From: Eledone cirrhosa
Lineage: Eukaryota
Length of the DNA: 64,000 nucleotides
Direction: 5' to 3'
NCBI GenBank assembly: GCA_964016885.1
Contig: OZ024741.1
Span: forward strand, 280,736,001 to 280,800,000
Within the stretch, counting starts at the first letter, position 1. Each line of letters opens with the position of its first letter. The notes below the pieces were generated by a model that ran no database searches, had not been told where the DNA came from, and saw only the letters and a program-made list of their open reading frames with translations. Below, one piece after another: positions 26,166-39,829 of this stretch. A program made the translations under genes and the position numbers.

Positions 26166-27540
26166 TAAAAATTTGAATTTTTAGTGTTTTGTACTTCCAA
26201 AGAATGTCTTACAAATGTGGCACGGGGTATTAAGAGTTAAATTTGAACTGATTCTCCAAATAAACCTAATGCACAATCTGTTTTCCATTTAATTCTAGTT
26301 AAAATTTTTCAGAATTTTTTTTATCCCTTTTTGATTGAGAGACCCGTAAATTTTCCTGTTCTTTGTTTTATTATTGTTTCATTGGCAATATCGGTAGAGC
26401 ATTGGACAGCATGCATTACAGTCCTTCATCTTCAGGATTTCAAAATCCTGGTACGGTTAGCTTTGCCTTTCATCCTTATTGGGTTGATAAAATAAAGTAC
26501 CAGTAACACTCTGGGGATCGATTTAATCGACTTCCTTCCCCAAAATTGCTGGCCTTGTGCCTAAATCAGAAACCATTGTCTCATATGCATCTCACTAACA
26601 GAGTGGGCTCCAATCTGTTGTGCACTGCAATTACAAGTGCAATACCACTTTAATGTGCAAAACTGCACTACTAGTAAGGTGGCTGACGAGCTAACGATAA
26701 TTATGTATAGTTTATGTTGATTACTGACACAAGTGATTTAAAGATAAAATAATATTTTAATAATCTATCTCCAGGATATAATTACATAAATGCCCAGTAT
26801 ATATGTACAAATGGCATATAGGATTAACTGTATGAGTAACTTTGGAGAAATAATTACAGGGACAAATGTAAGATTAAAACCCAGGACTTTGCTCTGTCTC
26901 ATTACAAATCATTGTGAAGACAATTTAGAAGAAATGAATCGGGTGTCAAAATTTCCTCTTGTTTGATCCTGAAATGGGAATAATCATCATCGTTTAGCAT
27001 CTATTTTCCATGCTTGCATGGGTTAGACAGGTTGTCATGTGAGACCAGACAAGTCAGTGACTCTATCTTGCTCATATGTTCTGTTTTGGGCTAAGTTTTC
27101 TTTGGCTTGATGCTGTTTCTAATGCCAACCTCCTTAAAGTAAGTACTGAGAACTTTTTTCATGGTACCAGAACATTACAGGGTAGACTGGGTATTTTTTT
27201 TTGTTATAGCCTCTGTGAACAAAGCATCTTATTTTAAGTTGTTCACTTCACCAGATAAATATATTTATAATGGATGTATTCAGAGAAAGACTTTTCTCTC
27301 ATTTAAAAAGTAAAGTTAAACACTGGTGTTTTAAATCTCAAAAAATTGTGAAATGACGACATTTGTACAAATTGTTGCACTTTTTCTTTTTTTTTTTTTT
27401 TTTTGTAAACAGTATAGTGTATACTTGACTTGACATCCTATAATAATTTATGAGAAAATATCTAAATGTGACTTGTTAATCCAAATGTTTATGGTATCTA
27501 TACTATGGGCAGGTGAATATTTGCAGTATTAGAGTAAAGA

Positions 27541-27737
27541 CTTTAGCATTTACATTACTCTAAATATATTATTGTATTTTTGTGGTAAAGGTTTTATCTC
27601 ACATGATATCGAATCTATGAGATCTTGATATTATATATTTTGAGAACAATACCTTATCAGTATGAGCAGCCAGTTTGAACAGAAAGAGATGAGAGAATTC
27701 TGGCCAGATACAGCCAATTTAAATGCTAAAGGGTTAA
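27541..27737. mobile_element. MITE, reverse orientation relative to 3981-4186
   Basis: ctttagcattt ... aaatgctaaagggttaa. Confidence 0.7.
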
Positions 27738-28385
27738 CATTTCAAGAATGTCGTTTGATGTGGTGCAGGATGTTAAGAGTTAAATTCGTTGTTTATTAAC
27801 TTAAATTATATTCAACAATAAAGGATTTCAGTAGGGTTTGAACTGAGCATTAAGAAGACTCTTAGCTTCTACAAAACATTTCAACTTAGTTCTATACACT
27901 TTTGAGACAACTATAACCTTTATAAAAGATTGTCTTACAATCCTCCTCTATATCAGGGTTTCTCTGAAAATATTTATGTTCTGAGTTTAAATCCCACTGA
28001 GTTCAACTTTACTTTTCAATCTTCTAGGGTTGAAAAGCAACCATATGATGTCTGTTTAATCAACTTCTTCCACTCTCTCCTTCCAAAATTGCTTGCATTG
28101 TGCTTCAATTATAAACCATTATTATATATTTGAATTATGTTGTTAAAATACAACTGGGATCTGAATATTTGTTAAATCTCTATTTATAGTTTGTGATGGT
28201 TATTTCTTCAGCAAAAATGGTTGACTAACAACAGCACATCTTTTTCTCCTATTTACTTTTTCCCAATTCTTTCTTTTCTTACTCTTGTCTGTCTTCCTAT
28301 TTCTTCTCTCTCCCAAACATTCCCTTTCCCATTCTATATTCCAATGAAGGACTATCATATAAAACGTTAGGACTCTTTTCCAGCT

Positions 28386-29669
28386 ATAATAATAATAATG
28401 AAATTATTGTGTAAAGTGCTCAGGTGCACTACAACTCGTCAAAGGTGTATGTATAGTACATAGAATAATACACAAATGTCAGGGAAGTGAATAGTGTACG
28501 AGTCATGGTATACATGTGTGTATGTGTATGGAGGGGGAACATTAGCTGTAGTGTTGGCGGATCTCGGGAAGCATGGAGGCCTTAAAGGATGCAGTGTCTC
28601 GACAGCTAACAACTGATGCAGGTAGTTTGTTCTATGCTTCAGCAACTCTGAGCATGAAAAAATGTTTCCGAAAGTCATGGGAACTGTGCTGTTTTCTTAC
28701 TTTGTGCGCATGTCCACGTGTGTTAGACACATGGAAATCAAAAAGGTACTTAGGGTTGTTATTGGCAACATGGTTAACAATTTTGTGGGTGTTTACCAAG
28801 TCAGTTGCCAGGCGTCGGAGCTTCAATGTATCCTTGCCCAGGGAAGCAAGGCGCTCAGAGTATGGTAAATGCCTGATGGAGGGTATTCGCTTGTTGCACG
28901 TCTCTGAACAGTTTCCAGGCAGTCAATGTTCTGAGTAAGATAGGGGTTCCAGACTGGTGATGCAAATTCTAAGTGTGGCCGCACCATAGCCATGTACAGC
29001 CTTAAATAGATATCTGGAGAGCGGCTGACAAAGGTCTTGCTGAGTGATGCTAAGACACTCTCGGCCCTCTTGATAATTTTAGAGACGTGCTTTGTCCAAC
29101 GCAAATCGCTGCTGACCGTAATGCCCAGGTCACGTTCACGGGAAGACTTCTTGATATTAGTGCTGTGGAGGGAGTATGTGGACGCTGGGTTTTTACTCCC
29201 AAAATGCATGGTAGTGCACTTGTCCACAGCTAGCTTGAATTGCCAGTCTGAGATCCATTGTTGCATTGTGTCCAGGTCAGACTGCAAGCAAGATCTATAG
29301 TGTTCAGGATCTGTCCTTTTTATCTCAAGGTACAGCTTGATGTCATCTGCATACTTTAGTACCGTGGCATTCTTTAAGTTGGCATCTATGTCATTAATAT
29401 ATGCCACAAACAAAAGGGGGCCAAGAACAGATCCCTGTGGTACACCAGATGATGTCTCATATGGTGAGGAATGCTGTCCCAGAACCGTGACTACCTCTCT
29501 TCGACTGAGAATGAAGGACTTCAACCAGTTAAAAAGATCATCCTTCATACCCATTGCAGAGAGTTTTGCCATAAGCCTTTTGTATGGCACAGAATTGAAG
29601 GCTTTCGCAAAGTCAAGTTAAACAACATCCACCCATGAGCCGCCATCAGTGATCCGGGTGATGTCCTCA
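28386..29669 (-). mobile_element. CR1-clade LINE, 5'-truncated (RT C-terminal half plus 3' UTR)
   Basis: ORF 28823-29590 carries SGVPQGSVLGPLLF, KYADDIKLY, ERDLG and VRPHLEFASPVWNP. (ATT)n tail. Same family as 39830-41811. Confidence 0.92.
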
Positions 29670-30969
29670 TTGTCAAGCATTAAACTAATATATTCTCATT
29701 GTACTGTATTGGTCTCCTGTGTTGACTTTTCTAATTATTTCTTATTATTATCATTATTTAAAGCATGATCGTACAATGACTGTGTAGATAAGAGACTGTA
29801 CTTTGACTTCCATATTGTGAGTTCATAGTCCTACTGTAGTCTTTAGGTTGTGTCTCTGGACATGATTTTTAACTCAAGAAAGCTTAATCTATGGAAGTGG
29901 GGCTGTTGAATATTTTGGAGGTAAGCTGGATTCAAAATATTTTTGTGTCTTCCTAGTCAAGATCAATGAAATATGAAATCATCAACTATAAGAATATAGA
30001 AACAACTTTTTTGTCATTGTTTTTTAGTGACTTTAATGTTTTTCATTCTAAATATTTAATGTTGGATAAAATAAATCTAGTTATATTTGTCTGGCAAGTG
30101 ACTTACCATAGAACTGTGTCAGTGACCAGGTTGTAGATGGTACGACAAAGATTTTGATGCCAAGAACTAAGTAATAAATGTTTTTAAATGGCTAAAATGA
30201 CTGACTCTTCCACGCAGTAATTGTTTAAAATAATTTTTGTTTTGTTTTGGTTCCATCCATTTTAAAAATGAAATTTTTACAGTTTAAAATCTCACCCTTA
30301 GACAAACTTTATTCTTTTTCTACTAAGTGAAACGGTCTCATTATTATTATTATTTAAAAAAAATTAATATGAAATATTGATTCATTTGAGACCATTGCAA
30401 AAGTGAGACCTTATTTTGATACTGAATTTTACTATTAACTAACCAAATATTGCTATGATAAAGACAGAATTTTTGTATGCAGCGCCACATACTCACTGAA
30501 GTCTGGGGGCCAGAAGAAAGGAAGATGAAGGTCGGAGTTGACCCCCATCCTCCACATTCCAGACTGTAATTAACTGTTACATGAACTATAGGACAGGCAC
30601 TGTATTGTGGAAAGTAATATCCTGGTAAATCAAATCTACTAGACTACCCGTAATCTGTTCGGTCATGTTCGCTTAAAAATAATTTTAAAATAATTAAAAT
30701 ATACACAGATATGTCATCATCATCATCATCATCATCATTGAACTCACAACCTTTCGATTGCAAGGCCAATGCTCTAACCACTAAGCATGTGCCTCTGTAT
30801 GTATATAATATAAAATGAAATTGGAAGGCCTATATATATATATATGCGGGTGTCTGACCTATATACACCGGTCACAAACACCTACACACGCTTCTATTTA
30901 GCAGGATACAGTGACTTCATTTGAAGTCACTGGTTATAATTTCATTTAACAACACCATCAGCTCTCTCC

Positions 30970-31003
<34 letters not shown>

Positions 31004-31379
31004 TCCATTTTGCTTCTCTGTCTCCTCTCCCTCTCTCTCTCTATGTCTCTCTTTCAGTCTACTCTCTCATAACCCCCATTTCTTTCTCTCTATTTATGAA
31101 GGTACACAGAAAAACCCCATATCTCGGGACCCCGTGCTCCAATTTACATGAAAGTTGTTTTATTCCATTTGTATTCCCATTTCAGGGTCAACCTCCTTTC
31201 AAAGTATCTTCCCATTATACATCCTTCTGGCTGTATTAAATTACAGACAAGCAAGCAATCACAGAGTTTTAGTAGTATTCTAGACCACCCGTGACCCGTT
31301 GGGTCATGTTCATTTCATAATATTTTTTTAAAATCATGTTCACTTAAAAAATAATTTTTAAATAATTAAAATATACAGA

Positions 31380-31992
31380 CGGATCAGATGTTGTTTACTC
31401 GAGAGAAGGCTGCGTTGGTATGGACACGTGATGCGCATGAAAGTCGATAGCTGTATTACAAAGTGCAGGGCAATAAAGATAGACGGTAGCCACGGAATAG
31501 GCAGACCTAGAAAAACCTGGGACGAGCTGATAAACTCCGACCTCACACACTTACACCTCTCCAAGACAATGTCACTGGACCGTGACCTTTGGCGGTACTC
31601 AGTAACAGAGAAGACCCGCCTTGCCAGTAGGCATCTCTAACAAAATACACCCCTCCCGCCGCCACCCCCACCCCATCCACACCACCCCGTTCTATGTAAA
31701 GTTATGTTGGTGCCGCGCCATCCAGGCCGAAACAAATGAGATCGTGTAGGTGTCACGACAAAAAAACACACAGTCCACGCTGTAATGTGGCCGTGTAGGC
31801 AACACGGTAAAAACCTCCCAGACCCACACTGTAAATGTGGTTGGTGTTAGGAAGGGCATCCAACTGTAGAAAACCTGCCAGACAGTCCTATGCGAGCAAG
31901 ACAATCACTCTTGCCTCAAGTGGGACTACCCCCGTCCAAACCCATGCAAGCGTGGAACACGGACGTTAAACGTTGATGATGATGATGATGAT
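31380..31992 (+). mobile_element. RTE LINE 3' fragment
   Basis: Near-identical to about 507-1133, with a (GAT)n tail. Confidence 0.88.
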
Positions 31993-32124
31993 GAGACATA
32001 TATATAATGTGAAATGAAACTGGAAGGCCTATATATATATGTGTGTGTATATATATATATATATAAATGTGTGTGTGTGTATACATATATATGTATATGT
32101 GTGTGTGTGTATATATATATGTAT

Positions 32125-32315
32125 AACGAAGGAAATGTGGTAAGGAACCAGATGGACCATAATGCACCAAAGTACTCAATACTTAGGGTAGTAGAGTGGG
32201 TAATAGGAACAAGTAGGACCCCGACGGCTGAGCTCAAGCCGTTTCGACGGCTAATTCTGGACTCTTAGCCGTCGAAACGGCTTGAGCTCAGCTGTCAGGG
32301 TCCTACTTGTTCCTA
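32125..32315. mobile_element. fold-back mini-element in a (TA)n tract, carrying the 3' half of a hammerhead (Penelope-like terminal repeat derivative)
   Basis: 51-bp arms 32204-32254 and 32265-32315 with 2 mismatches, plus an ~80-bp unpaired tail starting aacgaagg. Flanked by TA/TG repeats. Confidence 0.7.
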
Positions 32316-32698
32316 CATATATATATATATATATACATGTGTGTGGATGTCTGTGATCTATATACGCTGGTCATAGACACACATATACATATACACACAC
32401 ACTCTCACATATATATATATATACAACAACAGCTCTCTATCTCTTCCATTCTCCTTCTCTGTCTCCTCTCCCACTCGCTCTATGTCTCTCTCTCTCTCTC
32501 TCTGTTTATGAAGGTACCCGGAAAAACTCCATATCCCGGGAACCCGTCGCCCGATTTATGCGAAACATGTTTTATTCCATTTGTATTCCCATTTCAGGAT
32601 CAACTTCCTTTCAAAGTATTTTCTCATTTTGCGTCCTTTTTGCTGTATTACATTACATACAAGTAAGCAACCAAACAATCATAGAGTTTTAGTGTTAT

Positions 32699-33240
32699 AT
32701 AGATAGATATGTTTCTTTATTAGCCACAGGGGCACAAAAGAAGGGGACAAATACAAAAGGGGAAGTTTACATACAATAAAAACGTGTAAAATATTATCAC
32801 AAATGCAATTTAAAAATTAGTCGATTTTCCCCAATAGGGGGAGACATTACATAGATAGATATGTTTCTTTATTAGCCACAGGGGCACAAAAGAAGGGGAC
32901 AAATACAAAGGGGGAAGTTTACATACAATAAAAACGTGTAAAATACTATCACAAATGCAATTTAAAAATTAATCGATTTTCCCCAATAGGGGGAGACATT
33001 TCATATGGGTAACACATACCTCTGAAAAAATGTGCAACCCTCATCTCCAGGAGTACGAAGAGTTTGTACCCTTTTCCTCTTTTTCCTCAACCTACAGGCT
33101 GATATAAAGAGAAGGCCCATTCACTCGGGCCATTCTCGCCACTTTCACAAAACTTGCTGGAGTACAGCACCTTTCTCTCCATCCTGATTCTTCTTCGAAA
33201 GTGGTATTTGAAAAAAAGAATCAGTTGTTAGCTAGATAAC
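32699..33240 (-). mobile_element. 3' end of an L1/Tx1-like LINE with a tandemly duplicated 3' UTR
   Basis: 150-bp direct repeat at 32699-32848 and 32851-33000. Each copy ends on the minus strand in aataaagaaacatatctatctat. Decayed coding-like sequence at 33100-33240. Clade assignment is tentative. Confidence 0.6.
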
Positions 33241-36200
33241 GCCGATCAAGTTTCTTGTTTCACTTTCATTTCTCTTTCGTCGCCGCCGCCGCTGCTGCTG
33301 CTGAGGATAAGAGAGTCACAACCTCAGTTTTCTGAATGAACTCAATTGGACTCTTTACCCATTGATAAACAGTTAATTACTAATAGTCAAGCAGAAAATA
33401 CACACATTTCTATTCTCTGAATTGTAAGTTGTCTAATCCTTTTACTATTTAAAGCTTGGACCATCTGTTTGAATTATAGAATGCACTTTAAATTGTTGTT
33501 TAACCCCATGTCAACCCACCCTGATTGAGGAGACATATGACCTAAAGATATTCCAAATGTGACTATCCCGCTTTTTGTATATCAATGACCACATTATTAA
33601 AAACATCCTTCTTTATTTAAACTGATAGAGTGTGAATTGAGAGCGATTTAGCTACTATTTTTAACGGGTTGGGGGACTGTTATTTGCGCGATAGAATATA
33701 CGGAAACCTTATGTAATATTGCACTATACTCTTCTATTTCTAATAGATGTTCTTATCCGTAGTTCCTGTTCGATACAAACTTGGTGGAGATTAGAACATT
33801 GGGTTGGGAACATTTTTTGTTCTGAATAATACTATCACATTGCTTGAGGTTGATGGAAGTAGTAACAGAAAGTAATAGTGATCGATAAATAATGAATGAT
33901 ACACCTACGCTATATTTCCCAGGTAGAAATAAATAAAGTACGAGTTCTTGTGTGACCATTGGACACACACACACACATATATATTTACTTTACTCCACAT
34001 ATTGCATGTAACTGAGTTGCAACCGGTAGATAGTATCAGCAATGGAAACATTGTTTCCGTGGTCCGATTTGATGAGTTCCACCCTCGGTAAGCGAGTGAA
34101 GTCTGGGAACTTGCCGGTCGTTTCTTCACCTTACTTACTATTTATGAGTGGATTTATATTTAAGACATTTCATTCAATATTTTTTCCAAACATGTAAACG
34201 TTAAGATATATTTTAATTCCTGGATGCAATTTCAAATGATTGCTGTTTTCCCGTTGTAATTATTTCACTTATATCATTAATGTCATTGGGCAATGTATGA
34301 ACGCCTCAGCTTCTTATTTTTCTGATCCTGAAAATCCCATCTTATACACTTCGCAATTATTCAACTTCCCAATCTGACATCTTAATATATATTCCAATGA
34401 CGACTTCCATTCATGCCCGTAAAAATTGTTACTGTTATAATTATTTTAGTAGATTTGGAGATGTTCATGTACTTTCCATCATATATCTGGGAACTTCTGT
34501 CCATGTTAGTCATAATTAATTATTATTGCAGTAAATATTCCCTAATTAGAATAAAATGACAACATTGCATTGTTTTAAGGATCATTCAAACATAATTTAT
34601 GAAAGGGTTGTAAATAGATACAAAATTACGTAAGTGATAACCACAACACATGGTAGGAGAATATATGATATATGTGTGTGTGTGTGTGTATGTATGTATG
34701 TGTGTATGCGTGTGTGTCATATATATTATATATATATTTGTGTGTGTATATGTGTGTGTGTCATACTATATTATATCATATATTTGTGTGCATATGTGTG
34801 TGTGTCATATTATTTTATATCATATATTTGTGTGCATATATACGTGTGTCGTTGTTGTGTATATCTACCATGCATCTGTGAACATTCTATCGAGGTAAAA
34901 TTATCAGTTTCGAGAGATATTCAACTGTTCATTGAATATCGACTTTTTCTTCTTGTAAGAAGAGAGTGCCAGAGACGTCGAATAGATTTGTAGCGAAGCT
35001 ATTAAATCACTCGGGGAACTCTCACCAGAGTCAGTAATAGATACAGACACTGGTTGGAACTCCGACTGGTCAGATCTGGAAAAAATACAAATAACGTTTT
35101 TGACAATCAACAATCAGCCGTTTTAATTGACTAACAACTCCCAAATAATTTCAGGTCAGTTTCAGTTGTGTCATTGTTTTCCCTGCGATGGATTAAAGAT
35201 TTGTTTTTATATTTATGATACAAACACCTCCCTTTTTCTCGATATCTCATATTTTGTTGTTATTGTCGTTGTTGTTAAAGATATAATTATTTTTATACAT
35301 TTTCTCAGAATAGCAATTTAGGAAAACAAAAAAAAAATGAGACAAAAAAAAAAATTAGCAGGTCTTAATTGTCAGATTTTTTGTTGGCTTTTGTTAATCT
35401 TCACAATTTTTCTTCTTATTCTTCACAGTTTCTCTTTTTTCCAATTGCTTTACATCGTTATCTTTCTTCAGTTATTCATCATTCTACTGTTTTACTGTAC
35501 TTGTCTTCTTTTTCTCTCTTCTTCTCTGTCTTCACAATTCTCTATCATTTTTCTTTTAAAACCTATTATTTACCTTCGATGTACATCTTATGTTATTATC
35601 AAGGTTAACTTTCTTTCTTTTTTTTCCTCTTTAATTAATTTTAATCGCGTCGTTCAACATTCAATTAACACAAAACCTGTTGTATGTCACTTTAAATGTC
35701 AACTCATGACTCGATGTAGGTTTGAGTGAAAAGATTTTTCTTCATCTTCTCAACTCTGTGGTTCTTGTCTACCCAGCTCATTCTTGACCAAAACCTGCCC
35801 CACTACAGATTCTAAAACCTTACTTAGAAGACTTTTAATTGTCCAGATTGAATATATATTTAAAACTGTTATGTTAAAACTGTTATTCAGTTACTGTTAG
35901 TAAGATTTCACTGTTTTAATTTATATTTTAATATATTATAAATGAAAAGCACTACACATATAAAACTGAAATCAGTCATGTGTCAATTCGTCCTTTTACA
36001 TAAATATATTTATTCTTATTACTGTCTTATTAAGTTAAAACGATCTGAAAATTGTGCCTGGAAAATAAATAGATACATCAAATTCAATGTTTCCAGTTCT
36101 AGCAATGTTAGCTTTATATTATTATGATTAATATTTTGCCTGTTGAGTGACATCAGATTGGGAGTAAAAAAACAAGCACTGGAAGAGTGAAAAGTTGGTG

Positions 36201-36244
36201 AACCCTAACTGCTTTCAATATTGCAGTGCACCCCCTCCCCATAT

Positions 36245-36398
36245 ATTCTTCTTCTTCGCCCACTTATTCTTGGAAGGGTCGTGGGGGCAGAGTCCTCAAA
36301 CACTCCTTCCAACTGATCCGGCTGGATCCCCAAGCGAGACCAGCCAAGCTCATGGATGTTATCCAACCTTCTTGCTCGGGGCCTACCCCTGGGTCTCA
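36245..36398 (-). mobile_element. RTE 3' end fragment
   Basis: RPRGRPRARRLDNIHELGWSRLGI with a gaagaagaag tail. Homologous to 19430-19612. Confidence 0.75.
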
Positions 36399-36399
36399 T

Positions 36400-37625
<1,226 letters not shown>

Positions 37626-37939
37626 GATATATGTGTGTGTGTGAGTGATGTATGTGTATTAGAAAGTGTCGGGGTTCCGACTCTTTATAATATAAGCATA
37701 CTCTATTACCCTAAGAATCGAGTACTCTATTGAGTACTAGTTTCAAACTGAGTCCATCCTGATTTATATGTATATATAAGTAAGTTTGTTTTGAAACAAC
37801 AAGCGAAGTTTGAAATTTAGTAGAAATAGAAGTATTTTTTACTAAAGAAATTTTAGCCTGATAGTAGGGTTTAAAACCCTCTGAAAATGGAAAAGGATGA
37901 GTATTGACGTATATATACACTATTTATATAAAGCAAGTA

Positions 37940-38190
37940 GTTGATGTTTCCGGTTGAGGAGAATAACGGAATAAAACACATGAACGAATAAACTAACAGT
38001 TATTTTACAACAATAACAGGAGCGGCCATTGTAAATATGTGTTGCTTACATCATTACACGTACTATTCGATCGATGCAAGATATTTCACTAGGAAATAAT
38101 GATAGTTTTGTTGTTGTTTACTAAATTTATTATAAATACCTAATTATTCCCTTCTTATTTTTTGAACCATCGCTTTGAGGTGCTGCCGCT
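37940..38190 (+). promoter_or_regulatory. probable CHMP7 promoter/5' UTR
   Basis: Repeat-free, CpG-retaining stretch before the ATG. ETS-like tttccggt at 37947-37954 and YY1-like gcggccatt at 38022-38030. Confidence 0.4.
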
Positions 38191-38453
38191 ATGTGCAATC
38201 AAATGAACGATGAGGAGTTCGATAAAATTTGGTCGGATGACCAAAAGATGGGTGTTATGTTTTCGGTTTTTCGTGATAAATCAGTGAACCCTCGTTCGTG
38301 GGAGCAAAAAATGAATTTTTGGCAAGAAGCCATCGCACGTTACTGTGAAAAACATGATTTGGTTATTGTGCTTACTAGTGCTTTTCCCTTATATTTTATG
38401 AGAAACGGTCAAATGCCACAATGTCTTGATGTTGTTATCACAGAAATGAAACG
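38191..38453 (+). CDS. CHMP7: charged multivesicular body protein 7, coding exon 1
   Basis: ATG in the context gccgctATG, donor gtatgt at 38454 (phase 2). WSDDQKMGVMFSVFRDKSVNPRSWEQKMNFW matches the CHMP7 N-terminal winged-helix region (human [33 protein letters not shown], from memory). Confidence 0.93.
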
Positions 38454-39829
38454 GTATGTTAACTTTGATAATTTTATACAGTCGTTTATTTCTGATTTTA
38501 TTTAATCAGATTTGGTGCTTTCCTTTTTTCTTTCTTTTTAATGTGTGTTCTAGTCCTCGTCTTGGCTGTCAAGTTTTGTGAATTCTTCTTTGTCAAAATT
38601 AACTCTGTTTCGTATTGTTTTGATAATGGCTATATAATATCACTAGGCGAATTGTCAGAGTCGTTAGAATGTTGGATAGAATGATTTACTGTATCTGTTA
38701 TGACTCTGCGTTCAAATCCCACTGAGGTCAACTTAACCTGAGTCCTTTTGAGGTCGATAAAATAGTACCTGCCCAGTACGAGAGTCGATTCTTCTCTTCT
38801 ATCTCTTTCTCACTTTCTATCATTCACTCTCTCTCCTAGAGGAAATTGGCTGTGTTCAGACCCGGAGAGGGAATGGGCTCTACCATATTTAAAAATACCC
38901 AAGATATGCCATATATCTCGACGTCGAGCCTACGACTCTATCAAGAATTACGGGTCCATATATATTTACATTTAGTATCACGCAGTTTATTTGTAGTGAA
39001 CCAATATGATAGAGCTCCTACCTCTGGTAGGATTTCAATGCAATACTAACGGAATAATCAATATTATGTTGTTGCTGTTTATAGTTATATGCAGCATGAT
39101 GGACTGGGCTGTTGTGTATTGTGTTTTGGGCTACAGACAGAGCACAGGACCAATGAAAGGGTGTGTATTGAATTACTGACACTTCAGCTTGGCTGGTGAC
39201 CCTGTGATCTCGGCTTTCTGTTACTTTCATCTCATCTTGTTTTGCATACTTACGCAGTTCTGTATGTTGCGCTTTAGGTTTATAAAATGAAAATAACACT
39301 AAATCAATATCACGTTTGAAAGTGATGTTGTTTCACGTTCCCGGCAGAGTGAATGATGAATGTATTACTTGAGATGGTATCGTGGAAAGTGTTCTGAAAG
39401 AGTTAGCCACGTTGGAGGATCGTTCTTGTGAATGGCCATCTCCATTCTAATCGCAGTTAGTAGGGAGGTGGTTCGGGTCCCAGAACGCCAGAGGTTTCCA
39501 CCGCTGTGGATTTGACAATAAACCTATCGGATGAGCAAGCGGTACTTTGTCAGCTTGTGATCTTCAGCCTGGCGTGTAATGGAACCTGGGTCTAATATTG
39601 AATACACCAAGTTGCCGCAGGTTACATCCCAGATAAGGGGCTTACTATCGTGGAATGGGAAAATTGTAAAACCATCTCATTGGTCTAACCCAGTCTGTTT
39701 GAGTTACGATGGAAAGCCATGTGTATTTCAGTTACTTTTAATGATCTTATGAGCGACTAATACTTAGGCGGCATGATAGCGGGTGGAGTCCAAAACATCA
39801 TTTGTGTTGCTGGCAGATTCAGAGACCTG

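Larger units (their letters stand above)
30640..32693. repeat. old local tandem duplication (unit 1 about 30640-31280, unit 2 about 31281-32693 with later insertions)
   Basis: Shared anchors in the same order: ggtcatgttc, aataattaaaatataca, tggaaggcctatatata, tttatgaaggtac, gttttattccatttgtattcccatttcagg, agagttttagt. Confidence 0.8.

Noticed and set aside
34634-34993. Cys/Val/Tyr-rich ORFs
   Set aside because: Translation of TG/TA low-complexity DNA.
35337-35729. 130-aa hydrophobic ORF resembling a membrane protein
   Set aside because: T-rich antisense of a purine-rich tract. No recognisable motif or splice structure on the + strand.
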